A stretch of 64,000 nucleotides of DNA from Candidatus Omnitrophota bacterium. Lineage in GTDB: Bacteria; Omnitrophota; Gorgyraeia; B26-G9. The stretch lies in assembly GCA_043814605.1 (NCBI GenBank), contig JBDRJV010000007.1, forward strand, positions 3,354-67,353, in the 5' to 3' direction. Both the position numbers and the translations under genes were made by a program. The notes under the pieces were generated by a model. The model was not told the DNA's origin and did no database searches. It saw nothing but the letters and a program-made list of their open reading frames with translations. This document shows positions 38,191 through 47,070 of this stretch, in pieces; within the stretch, counting starts at the first letter, position 1; each line of letters begins with the position of its first letter.

Positions 38191-39170
38191 CATTAAATTT
38201 TAAAAATAATATTATTTTGAGCAGTTCCCCTCACTTACGGAGTCCGGAAACAACATCTAAAATTATGTGGACTGTATTCTTTTGTTTGATTCCTTCAGGG
38301 CTTGTCAGTATCTATGTTTTTGGTATTTCAACCTTGTGGATTATGCTCAGCGCAGTACTGGGGGCAATGCTCAGTGAATGGATATGTTCACAAATACAAA
38401 AAAAACCCGCTACACTTAGTAACGGAAGTGCGGTTTTAACGGGATTATTATTAGCTTATAATCTGCCGCCGGGCTCTCCTTTGTGGATGGCTTTTTTAGG
38501 ATCATGTGTTGCCATAATTTTGGGAAAAGTTGTTTTTGGCGGTTTAGGTTTCAATATTTTTAATCCTGCTTTAATCGGCCGCGTATTTTTAATGGCGAGC
38601 TTTCCGGTATTAATGACACGCTGGCCAGCACCTTTTCAGTTAGACGCTGTAACTGCTCCTACGCCATTAGCTATACTTAAAGATAGTTTTAGTCAAGCCC
38701 CCATTCTAGATAAAGCAGAAATTATTCATTACTCAATACGAGATTTAATCCTCGGGTTTAGGGGCGGATGCATAGGAGAAGCATGTATTTTAGCTTTAGT
38801 GATTGGCGCAGCTTTTTTAATGCTTAAAGGATATATTTCCTGGCATATCCCAGGTAGTTTTATCGGCACGGTTGCTGTTTTTACCTGGATTTTTGCGGGA
38901 GAAAGTTTATTTACCGGTAATTTTTTACTGCATATTCTCTCCGGCGGACTTGTTCTCGGAGCTTTCTATATGGCCACGGATTATGTTACCGGGCCCATAA
39001 CTGTTTATGGAAAAGTACTTTTTGGTATTGGTTGTGGAATTATTACCTGTGTAATCCGGCTGTGGGGAGGATATCCGGAAGGAGTATCTTATTCAATTTT
39101 ATTAATGAATATTCTAACTCCTTTGATGGATAAATTTATCCGGCCGCGAAGATTGGGAGAGAAAAAGTGA
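38187..39170 (+). CDS. rnfD: Rnf complex subunit D
   Basis: SSPH, FGGLG.N.FNPA, DAVTAPTPL (FMN Thr), MATD, GYPEG. Confidence 0.95.
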   Translation: MTLNFKNNIILSSSPHLRSPETTSKIMWTVFFCLIPSGLVSIYVFGISTLWIMLSAVLGAMLSEWICSQIQKKPATLSNGSAVLTGLLLAYNLPPGSPLWMAFLGSCVAIILGKVVFGGLGFNIFNPALIGRVFLMASFPVLMTRWPAPFQLDAVTAPTPLAILKDSFSQAPILDKAEIIHYSIRDLILGFRGGCIGEACILALVIGAAFLMLKGYISWHIPGSFIGTVAVFTWIFAGESLFTGNFLLHILSGGLVLGAFYMATDYVTGPITVYGKVLFGIGCGIITCVIRLWGGYPEGVSYSILLMNILTPLMDKFIRPRRLGEKK

Positions 39171-39961
39171 ACGCAGTAATTCTGGCGCTATTATCACTAT
39201 CTGGATTAGGTTTTTGTTTTGGATTGTTATTAGCTTGGGCATCAAAAAAATTTCAGCTAAAAGTTGATCCGCGTATTATTGAGATTAATGATTTATTGCC
39301 GCAAGCAAATTGTGGTGCTTGTGGGTTGGCGGGTTGTACAAACTTTGCGGAAGCATTGGTTGAGGAAAAAGTAGAATTGAATGCTTGTGTTGTTTGTAGT
39401 TCTGATAACAAAAAGCAAATTGCACATGTACTGGGGCTGGATTCAGAAGGGGCTAAACTTGCGGCTAGATTAGCTGTGGTCAGTTGTGGCGGTGGCGTTA
39501 ATTGCAAAGATAAGTTTGAATACAGAGGTTTAAAAGACTGCCGTGTTGCCGTATTAACTATGCAAGGGAATAAGCAATGTAGATTTGCTTGTGTTGGCCA
39601 GGGCAGCTGCGTGGATGTTTGTCCCTTTAATGCAATTAAAATGGCTGATACCGGATTGCCGATAATTGATCAAGCGGCGTGTCGAGGTTGCCAGAAATGT
39701 GTGGCGATTTGCCCGCGTCAGCTAATTTTTATGATTGATCGGGAAAAGAAAATTTATATAAACTGCAATTCCCATGATAAAGGATTTGTGGTTACAAAAA
39801 ATTGTAAAGTCGGGTGTATTGGATGCGGAAAATGTGTAAAAACGTGTCCGACAAAAGCGATAAAGCTGGTGGATAATCTCGCGGTTATTGATTATAAAAA
39901 ATGCATAAATTGTACGAAGTGTGTAAAGGAGTGCCCCACAAAAACAATTGCAATTTTATGA
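39167..39961 (+). CDS. rnfB: Rnf complex subunit B
   Basis: N-terminal TM, LPQANCGACG..GC, multiple ferredoxin motifs. Confidence 0.93.
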   Translation: MNAVILALLSLSGLGFCFGLLLAWASKKFQLKVDPRIIEINDLLPQANCGACGLAGCTNFAEALVEEKVELNACVVCSSDNKKQIAHVLGLDSEGAKLAARLAVVSCGGGVNCKDKFEYRGLKDCRVAVLTMQGNKQCRFACVGQGSCVDVCPFNAIKMADTGLPIIDQAACRGCQKCVAICPRQLIFMIDREKKIYINCNSHDKGFVVTKNCKVGCIGCGKCVKTCPTKAIKLVDNLAVIDYKKCINCTKCVKECPTKTIAIL

Positions 39962-41280
39962 ATGCCAGAAAAACATCTCATTTCCCAAAAAAAGTTGCGG
40001 CAATTATAAAAAGGGTTAATTTCAAATCTGGATTATCTTTCCTGTTAGATAATGATGAGTTGATTAAAATCGAAAAAACTCAAGCAGATCATATTTTCGG
40101 AATTGCGGTTGATTTAGGCACGACATCAATTTGTGTTAGCTTGTGTAATTTAGAAAACAAACAGGAGCTAGCCCAAGTTATCGTGAGAAATAAACAATAT
40201 ATTTACGCACAAGATATCCAGGATTTTTCGCAAACGGCGGATAAGCTGCAGCATAATCAGCAATCATTATCTCGGGAACTTATTTACTCTGTAAATAAAG
40301 CAATTAAAGATTGCCTGCGAAAATCAGGCGTAGAAGAAAATAGAATTTTTACAGCGATAGTGGCCGGCAATCCGGTAATGATCAATTTATTGTTACAGAC
40401 TGCAATAAAGACGAACCTGCTTAAAAAACAAAAAAATCAATATCAGGAAAGCTATTTATTTAAGGCTGCCATGCTCGGGCTAAATATTAATCCTCAGGCA
40501 AATATTAGATTTTTGCCAGGCATAGATTCAGTGATTGGTTCGGATACGGTTTCCGCTATTTTAAAACTAGGAATGTTTAAAACTAAAGACCAGATTCTTT
40601 GCATTGATGTGGGGATAAACAGTAAAATTATTTTGGGTAATAATAAGAAAATTACTGTAGCTTGTTCAAAGAGTAGTTCTTCTTTTGAAGGCCACTTGCT
40701 AAAATGCGGCATGATTGCTAAACCTGGGGCGATTGAATGGGTAAGAATAAATAAAGGAGAAATTAAAATATTAACCGTGGGGCATATCCGGCCGGTCGGC
40801 ATTAGCGGAAGCGGGGTTATTGATACGATCAGTGAACTGTTGAAAAATAAAATTATTAATTCTCAAGGACAGATGAAATCTGATTCTTTCGTTGTTTATC
40901 AGGATAAAAGTTCCTGCGTGGAATTAACCGCTGATGATATTCGAAAGATTCAAGTGAGTAAGGCGATAATTTTTGCGGGAATAAAAATATTAATGAAAAA
41001 TTTAAATGTGGGGTTTGATCAGATAAAGAAAGTATTTATTTGCGGGGAATTGGGCAGTTATTTGAATACTGAGCATATTGTTCTCCTGGGAATGGTACCG
41101 GTTGAATTAAAAAATAAAATCAATTTTGGCGGTAATGCCGCATTTTTAGGGGCAAAAATGGTATTGCTGAATAAAAAATATTTAAACCAAATGAATAAAA
41201 TCCAAAAATTAATTAAACATATTGATTTAAAGCAAGATCAGGAATTTTTAGGTTTGTATAAAAGAGCATTAAATTTTTAG
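39958..41280 (+). CDS. ASKHA-domain (DUF4445/RACo-like) protein without N-terminal 2Fe-2S domain, divergent
   Basis: GIAVDLGTT, AGNPVM, GSD, FEG...CGM.A..GAI, DIRKIQ.SK, GNAA. Confidence 0.8.
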   Translation: MNARKTSHFPKKVAAIIKRVNFKSGLSFLLDNDELIKIEKTQADHIFGIAVDLGTTSICVSLCNLENKQELAQVIVRNKQYIYAQDIQDFSQTADKLQHNQQSLSRELIYSVNKAIKDCLRKSGVEENRIFTAIVAGNPVMINLLLQTAIKTNLLKKQKNQYQESYLFKAAMLGLNINPQANIRFLPGIDSVIGSDTVSAILKLGMFKTKDQILCIDVGINSKIILGNNKKITVACSKSSSSFEGHLLKCGMIAKPGAIEWVRINKGEIKILTVGHIRPVGISGSGVIDTISELLKNKIINSQGQMKSDSFVVYQDKSSCVELTADDIRKIQVSKAIIFAGIKILMKNLNVGFDQIKKVFICGELGSYLNTEHIVLLGMVPVELKNKINFGGNAAFLGAKMVLLNKKYLNQMNKIQKLIKHIDLKQDQEFLGLYKRALNF

Positions 41281-41289
41281 GATAATAAG

Positions 41290-42339
41290 ATGAAGTTGAA
41301 AAAGGCAATTGTCGCAATGAGTGGGGGAATAGATTCATCTTTTTGTGTTCATTTTTTGCAAAAAGCTGGTTATCAAGTCAGTGGATTGACAATGCGGCTG
41401 AGTAATGATTCAGAAACAATCACCCGGGCAAAAAAAATGGCTGAAGTTTTGGGGATTAAACATCAGATTGTAGACATTAGAGATGTTTTTAAAAAGGCAA
41501 TCATGGATTATTTTGCTTATGAGTATACGCAGGCGAGAACACCTAATCCTTGCTTAAGGTGTAATAAATTTATAAAATTTGGCATTCTTATGCAGATTGC
41601 TAAAAAGGCGAAATCTTTTTTTGCTACAGGGCACTATGCGCGTGTATTACGGGATAGGGAAAAAAATATTTATGAATTGAGAAAAGGCATCGATGCAAAA
41701 AAAGATCAGTCCTATGTTTTATACGCTTTAAAACAAGACCATTTATCCAGATTATTATTGCCCCTAGGGGATTTTACCAAAGAGCAAGTTTACCGCGAGA
41801 TTAAAAAATTAAAGCTTCCTTTAAGACCAGGAAAGGAAAGCCAGGATATTTGTTTTATTCCGGATCGGGATTATGCGGGATTTATTAAAAAACATATTCC
41901 AAATTATGTGCCGCATGCGGGTAATATTGTTACTCCAGAGGGGGAAGTTTTAGGTCGGCATAAAGGGATAATTCATTATACAATAGGACAAAGAAAAGGA
42001 CTGGGCATTGCCCATAATGAACCTTTATTTGTTTGTGGTTTTGATGTTAAAAAAAATCAAGTAGTTGTTACCACAAATAAGAATTTAGGCGCCAGTACAT
42101 TTTTAGTCCGGGAAGTATCTTTTATGCACCGAAAATATCTGCGGGATGATTTTATCGTGCGTGTTAAAATTCGGTATCATCATATTCCTCAAACAGCCAG
42201 GGTTAAAAGAATTGGTTCAAAAATTGTACAGGTAAAATTTAAGAATTTACAACGGGCAATAACTCCGGGACAAGGGGCTGTATTTTATAAAAACGATTTA
42301 GTCTTAGGCGGGGGAGTAATTGCTCAAGTTATAAGATAA
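41290..42339 (+). CDS. mnmA: tRNA 2-thiouridylase
   Basis: AMSGGIDSS, TPNPC..CN..IKF, ATGHY, KDQSY, ESQDICF, TPGQ. Confidence 0.96.
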   Translation: MKLKKAIVAMSGGIDSSFCVHFLQKAGYQVSGLTMRLSNDSETITRAKKMAEVLGIKHQIVDIRDVFKKAIMDYFAYEYTQARTPNPCLRCNKFIKFGILMQIAKKAKSFFATGHYARVLRDREKNIYELRKGIDAKKDQSYVLYALKQDHLSRLLLPLGDFTKEQVYREIKKLKLPLRPGKESQDICFIPDRDYAGFIKKHIPNYVPHAGNIVTPEGEVLGRHKGIIHYTIGQRKGLGIAHNEPLFVCGFDVKKNQVVVTTNKNLGASTFLVREVSFMHRKYLRDDFIVRVKIRYHHIPQTARVKRIGSKIVQVKFKNLQRAITPGQGAVFYKNDLVLGGGVIAQVIR

Positions 42340-42350
42340 TTTTCTTGAGC

Positions 42351-42599
42351 TTAATCTTTTTCATTTATTTCTTTATCTGATTCAAGGTAAATAATATTTT
42401 TAGGTAAAGGTTTAGCTTTTCCTTTTGGCTGCCAGTGTAAAAGCTCAATTTTTTGTTTATCCTTATTCCAGACAATTTTAAAATGTCCGCCGTTAGGCAG
42501 GGTGCATTCGTATTCATGCCCACTATAAATAAATCCGAATATTAAGATAGCAATTATTAAAAGTGCGGCAAAGAATTTAAAGAAGGTATTTAATCCCAT
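42351..42599 (-). CDS. Small membrane-anchored hypothetical protein
   Basis: N-terminal TM; fills the gap downstream of tRNA-Leu. Confidence 0.55.
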   Translation of the reverse strand: MGLNTFFKFFAALLIIAILIFGFIYSGHEYECTLPNGGHFKIVWNKDKQKIELLHWQPKGKAKPLPKNIIYLESDKEINEKD

Positions 42600-42715
42600 A
42601 ATTTTTTTTATGAATAGATTTTTTGGCCGCTGGTTTAAACATAAGAAATTTTTCTTTTACTTTATTTTCAACATTTACTTTTCTTTTCTGTTTACAGCTT
42701 CAAGGCGCAGACGAA

Positions 42716-42801
42716 TGGTACCGAAGGTGGGATTCGAACCCACACGAGCGTAAACTCAATGGTTTTTGAGACCACCGCGTATGCCATTCCGCCACTTCGG
42801 C
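42716..42801 (-). tRNA. tRNA-Leu(CAA)
   Basis: GCCGAAG acceptor, anticodon loop CTCAAAA, long variable arm, GGTTCGAATCC, CCA end. Confidence 0.95.
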
Positions 42802-42821
42802 TTAAGTATTATTTTTAAAAA

Positions 42822-43355
42822 TTAAAAAATTAATGGTATTTGTTTGTACTGCTTTATTTTAGCTCTGGGCGGACCTAAAATAATAGACCATATTATACCT
42901 TCTTTTATATTACTTTTCAAGCTGAGGGAGTCAGTTTTTTTTACAATTGGTTTTTCTTCCTTTAACTTAGATGGTTCCGGAAGTACAAAATCTGTTTTTT
43001 TTGTTTGAATTTGTTCTGTTTTTGCTTTTGTTAGTGAAATTTTTTTTAAGCTTTTTTGCTTTAAATCATTGAACTTTTTCCGGCGTACAGCCAGGCGTTC
43101 TTCATAACTTTGATCAGATTGAACATCTTTTAAAAAATCTCCCTCACGCTGGGGCAGATCTTTTATTTGATAATCCTGGACAAATTGCTCCAAACCAAAA
43201 TCTCCTGCTGCTAAGTTGCTTTTTGTTAAGGCATCAGGCACATAAGGTTTAGGAGGTTTCTTTATGGTATTGAATTTTTCTTGTTTTTTTAAATTAGAAA
43301 CAACCCAAATTACCATGATCAGTAAATAAAAAATTAATTTAATTAATCCTTCCAT
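42822..43355 (-). CDS. Hypothetical protein in YqfB position (downstream of floA)
   Basis: N-terminal TM and C-terminal GIIWSIILGPPRA. Confidence 0.7.
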   Translation of the reverse strand: MEGLIKLIFYLLIMVIWVVSNLKKQEKFNTIKKPPKPYVPDALTKSNLAAGDFGLEQFVQDYQIKDLPQREGDFLKDVQSDQSYEERLAVRRKKFNDLKQKSLKKISLTKAKTEQIQTKKTDFVLPEPSKLKEEKPIVKKTDSLSLKSNIKEGIIWSIILGPPRAKIKQYKQIPLIF

Positions 43356-43386
43356 TATTTTCCTCTTGAAATATTAACCATTTTTT

Positions 43387-44367
43387 TTACTTATCATTTT
43401 CCGGGTTATGGCCTTCACCGCCGATTTTATCCCGCATTTTTGTATCCGCTTGTATATTCTTAATATTATAATAATCCATTATGCCTAATTTACCTTCCCG
43501 AAAAGCTTGGGCAATAGCTTTCGGTACTTCGGATTCAGCTTCCACAACCCGCGCTCTCATTTCTTGCGTTTTTGCACTCATTTCCTGTTCCTGAGCTACA
43601 GCCATAGCACGCCTAGTTTCCGCACGGGCTTGGGCAACTTTGAGGTCCGCTTCTGCCTGGTCAATTTGTAATTTTGCGCCGACATTCCTTCCGACATCCA
43701 CATCGGCAATATCAATGGAAAGAATTTCAAAAGCTGTTCCAGCATCCAAGCCGCGTTCAAGCACATTTTTAGAAATTTTATCCGGATTCTCTAATACACC
43801 TTTATAAGTGTCTGCGGAGCCGATTGTTGTCACAATGCCTTCTCCTACACGAGCAATAATCGTATCTTCAGTTGCTCCGCCTACAAGTCTTTCAATGTTC
43901 GCCCGCACGGTAACCAGAGCACGCACTCTTACTTCAATACCGTCTTTGGCTACAGCAGAAAGCAGACCCTGTTTGGGAGCATCAATCACTTTTGGGTTAA
44001 CAGATGTTTTCACTGCTTCTAATACATTGCGTCCGGCTAAGTCAATGGCACAGGCTTTTTCAAATTTTAAATCTAAATTCGCTTTATCCGCTGAAATTAA
44101 AGCTTTAACCACACGGATTACATCTCCGCCGGCTAAATAATGTGCTTCCAGAGCATCAGAGTTAACGCTTAAACCAGCTTTATGCACCATAATAATTGAT
44201 GGGACAATAACAAATGGATCAACCTTTCTTAACCGCATCCCCAATAAACTAAATAAAGAAATTTTAACACCAGATGCAATTGCCGATACCCAAAGCCTTA
44301 CCGGAATAAAGTACGCAAATAAAAATAAAAATCCGACAAAAAATATTATCACTAAAAACATTGCCAT
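43387..44367 (-). CDS. floA: Flotillin-like protein FloA
   Basis: [50 protein letters not shown]. Confidence 0.95.
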   Translation of the reverse strand: MAMFLVIIFFVGFLFLFAYFIPVRLWVSAIASGVKISLFSLLGMRLRKVDPFVIVPSIIMVHKAGLSVNSDALEAHYLAGGDVIRVVKALISADKANLDLKFEKACAIDLAGRNVLEAVKTSVNPKVIDAPKQGLLSAVAKDGIEVRVRALVTVRANIERLVGGATEDTIIARVGEGIVTTIGSADTYKGVLENPDKISKNVLERGLDAGTAFEILSIDIADVDVGRNVGAKLQIDQAEADLKVAQARAETRRAMAVAQEQEMSAKTQEMRARVVEAESEVPKAIAQAFREGKLGIMDYYNIKNIQADTKMRDKIGGEGHNPENDK

Positions 44368-44386
44368 AACAGCCTCCTTTAAATGA

Positions 44387-44474
44387 GCACATCACTTAGG
44401 GAACGAAGTGACCTAAGTAATAAGTGCGAATTTACCCCTTTGTTTAGATTTGCGCAAGCAAATCTGAATGGGGT
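44387..44474. repeat. Two adjacent REP-like hairpins
   Basis: ATCACTTAGG-GAACGAAGTGA-CCTAAGTAAT and TTTAGATTTGC-GCAA-GCAAATCTGAA. Confidence 0.7.
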
Positions 44475-44537
44475 CAATTTAATTAACAACCAATAGTAAT
44501 CAAATGTAAATTTTATCGCAGTTCAGTTAAATAATTT

Positions 44538-45023
44538 TTAGACTTTATCCGTTTTTTTTACAACAATTTTGTTGCCTTCAACATCGTAGACAATTATTTC
44601 CTGATCTTTTTCAATAAATTCACCATCCGTAACAACATCGTAGCGTTTATTTTCTATAATTATGGTGCCGCTGGGGCGGAGCATAGTTAAGGCAATACCT
44701 TTTTTATTGATCAGTTCCTTAAATTCAGGTTGTGCTACTTGATAACCCTGAGATTTATTTTGAATCAAAGAAAGCCGGGTTTTTTGCCAGAACGCGGTTT
44801 TAGGTAAAATTTTAAAAAAAATAACCGTGAGAATAATACTGGTTAAGCTGATTAAAATTCCGGCAAACGTGCTGAGAGATTCAAATGCAGTATAGCATGC
44901 CGCAACCAAAGATATTGCTCCTAAAATACCCGCGAACCCAATTCCCGGGATAAGCACTACTTCAATAAAAATCAAAACAAAACCAATAATAAAAAGTGAG
45001 GTAATTACAAACAATGTTGACAT
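44538..45023 (-). CDS. Short NfeD family protein
   Basis: IE..IPG.G, three TM, G...T.LRPSG OB-fold. Confidence 0.88.
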   Translation of the reverse strand: MSTLFVITSLFIIGFVLIFIEVVLIPGIGFAGILGAISLVAACYTAFESLSTFAGILISLTSIILTVIFFKILPKTAFWQKTRLSLIQNKSQGYQVAQPEFKELINKKGIALTMLRPSGTIIIENKRYDVVTDGEFIEKDQEIIVYDVEGNKIVVKKTDKV

Positions 45024-46514
45024 TTAAAGCTCCCTTATTTTTTCTACAAAAATTTTATTTCCAGATATCCTGACGATTTTTATTTTTTCACCTTTGGGGA
45101 TAAAATCACCCTGAGTTGTTACATCAATGGAAATATTATTAAATTGGGCCCGGCCGGAGGGGCGTAAAATAGATTGAGCTGTGCCTATTGCATCAATATT
45201 GATATTTTCTGGGATTGATTTAACCTCAAATCCTAAATTTTTCTCTTCCCGATTACTCAGAAGGATATGTTTCCAAACTTTGCTTTGAGGGAAAAATCTG
45301 AATAATAATATGAAAAAAATAAATAAAGCAATTAAAGTAAATCCTAAAGTGCTTAACGCGCTGCCCAGTTGAAGTGAAGGAAAAGTAAGCGGGTATTTTA
45401 TTAAAGATAGAGTTAACCCGCTAATGATCAGGATTATTCCGGTGATGCCAAAAACACCGAATCCGGGAATGATGAAAAGTTCAATGAATAATAAAATTAC
45501 ACCGATTACCAGAATGAGAATATCCAGCCAGCTGGCTAACCCTACTAAATAATGCCCCCAAAAAAATAAAATGATAAAAATCACTCCCAGTGTACCGCTA
45601 ATTCCCCAACCGGGGATTTTTAATTCAAAAATAAGGCCGAGAAAACCCAGACTTAATAACAGAGAACTAACAATAGGATGAGTTAAAAACCGTACTAGAT
45701 TTTCAGACCAGGTCGGCTGAGGCCGAAAAATATCTAAATTTTTTAAGACTGGGTTTATTGTTTGCTTGAGATATTCTATAAAATCTTTTTCAGAATCAAC
45801 AATTAAAACAGCCAGTTTTAAATCAAAAGCTTCCTGGGCTGTGAGATTCAGTAATTTTTCTTTTTTATTAATAATTTTTTCATCTTTGTTTTTTAATTTT
45901 AATTCACTTTTTTTTGCAGTTAATTCATCACGGGTTAAGATCAGAAATCCGTCTTTTTCAAGAATCTTAATTAATTCAACATCTTTATCAACCATAGCTA
46001 CCGCTAAAGCAGAATTGTGATTACTCGCTTCTGCAGTCGCCTTGAATTTAGCCCTTAATGCAGAAATAGTTTTTTCATCAACACTCTCAGCCCCGGGGGT
46101 TAGTCCCAGAATCCGTGGTTCTGCCGAACCAATCGAAGCCCCTTTTTTCATAATAATATTTTTGCAGGATAGAGCAATGAGTGCTCCGGCAGACCAGGCA
46201 GAATTTGTGATATAAGCAAACGTGGGTAGAGGAGAAATTTTCTGAATGCTGGTGACAATGTCATTAGCAGCATCAACCCGTCCGCCGAAAGTATCAATTT
46301 CCAGCACAATTGCCAAAGCTTTTTTTTCTTGTGCCTCTTGAACACATTTTACAATAAAAGAAGATAAACCTAAGTCAATTGTTCCTTTTACCGGGATAAA
46401 GTAAACGCTATCAGAATTAATTTGTGTAGGTTCATTACATAAAGCAGGAATAGATAATAGTATAATAAAATTAGTAATAAGGATTAATTTGAGTATTAAT
46501 TTTGAATTTTCCAC
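45024..46514 (-). CDS. nfeD: Long NfeD family serine protease (YqeZ-like)
   Basis: IDTFGGRVD, AWSAGALIA, TM bundle, LRPSG OB-fold. Confidence 0.9.
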   Translation of the reverse strand: MENSKLILKLILITNFIILLSIPALCNEPTQINSDSVYFIPVKGTIDLGLSSFIVKCVQEAQEKKALAIVLEIDTFGGRVDAANDIVTSIQKISPLPTFAYITNSAWSAGALIALSCKNIIMKKGASIGSAEPRILGLTPGAESVDEKTISALRAKFKATAEASNHNSALAVAMVDKDVELIKILEKDGFLILTRDELTAKKSELKLKNKDEKIINKKEKLLNLTAQEAFDLKLAVLIVDSEKDFIEYLKQTINPVLKNLDIFRPQPTWSENLVRFLTHPIVSSLLLSLGFLGLIFELKIPGWGISGTLGVIFIILFFWGHYLVGLASWLDILILVIGVILLFIELFIIPGFGVFGITGIILIISGLTLSLIKYPLTFPSLQLGSALSTLGFTLIALFIFFILLFRFFPQSKVWKHILLSNREEKNLGFEVKSIPENINIDAIGTAQSILRPSGRAQFNNISIDVTTQGDFIPKGEKIKIVRISGNKIFVEKIREL

Positions 46515-46544
46515 ATGTATTACTCCGTTTAATCTTATAGGTGT

Positions 46545-46725
46545 GCCCTGAACCCGAACATAGTGAGTGGTTCAGGGTGGAGCTGGGGGGACTCGCCTAC
46601 TACGTTCGCAACATCGTGTTGCTCACTGCGCAGGCCCACCCGGCTCACTGTTGCTCACAGTCCTGCTCGCTTTTCCTCCTAAGGGTCGGCGTTCGCCTTG
46701 CTTCGAATCCCCAGAGAGAAATTTT
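46545..46725. repeat. tRNA-Ala 3'-end direct repeat bounding a ~150-bp GC-rich hairpin element
   Basis: GGTGGAGCTGGGGGGACTCG at 46576-46595 is identical to 46727-46746; palindrome CCCTGAACC...GGTTCAGGG at 46546-46577. Confidence 0.8.
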
Positions 46726-46801
46726 TGGTGGAGCTGGGGGGACTCGAACCCCCGACCAACAGACTGCCAGTCTGCTGCGCTCCCAACTGCGCTACAGCCC
46801 C
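46726..46801 (-). tRNA. tRNA-Ala(GGC)
   Basis: GGGGCTG acceptor with G3:U70, anticodon loop CTGGCAG, GGTTCGAGTCC, CCA end. Confidence 0.95.
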
Positions 46802-47070
46802 ATAAAGTATTATCAACTATATCAAAAAAGTAAATTTAAGTCAAATAAAATAGGGTGGAAAACAATTGGTTTTTTAAATTAAGAGAAAAAAATAAATGTC
46901 GGTTTTTTTTAAATAATAATAGGGTAAAAAACAGAATGAGATATTTTATACTGAAAATTGCGCTTGCTCAATCAATCATAGCTGTGTTAAAATAGCATTC
47001 ATTAAATTTAATTTTGCAACTAAATTATGCGAAATATTAGACTTCATGCTGAGAAGGAAGTGATTTTTTT

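Noticed and set aside
46541-46882. Two plus-strand ORFs (113 and 88 aa)
   Set aside because: Antisense to tRNA-Ala and its GC-rich downstream element
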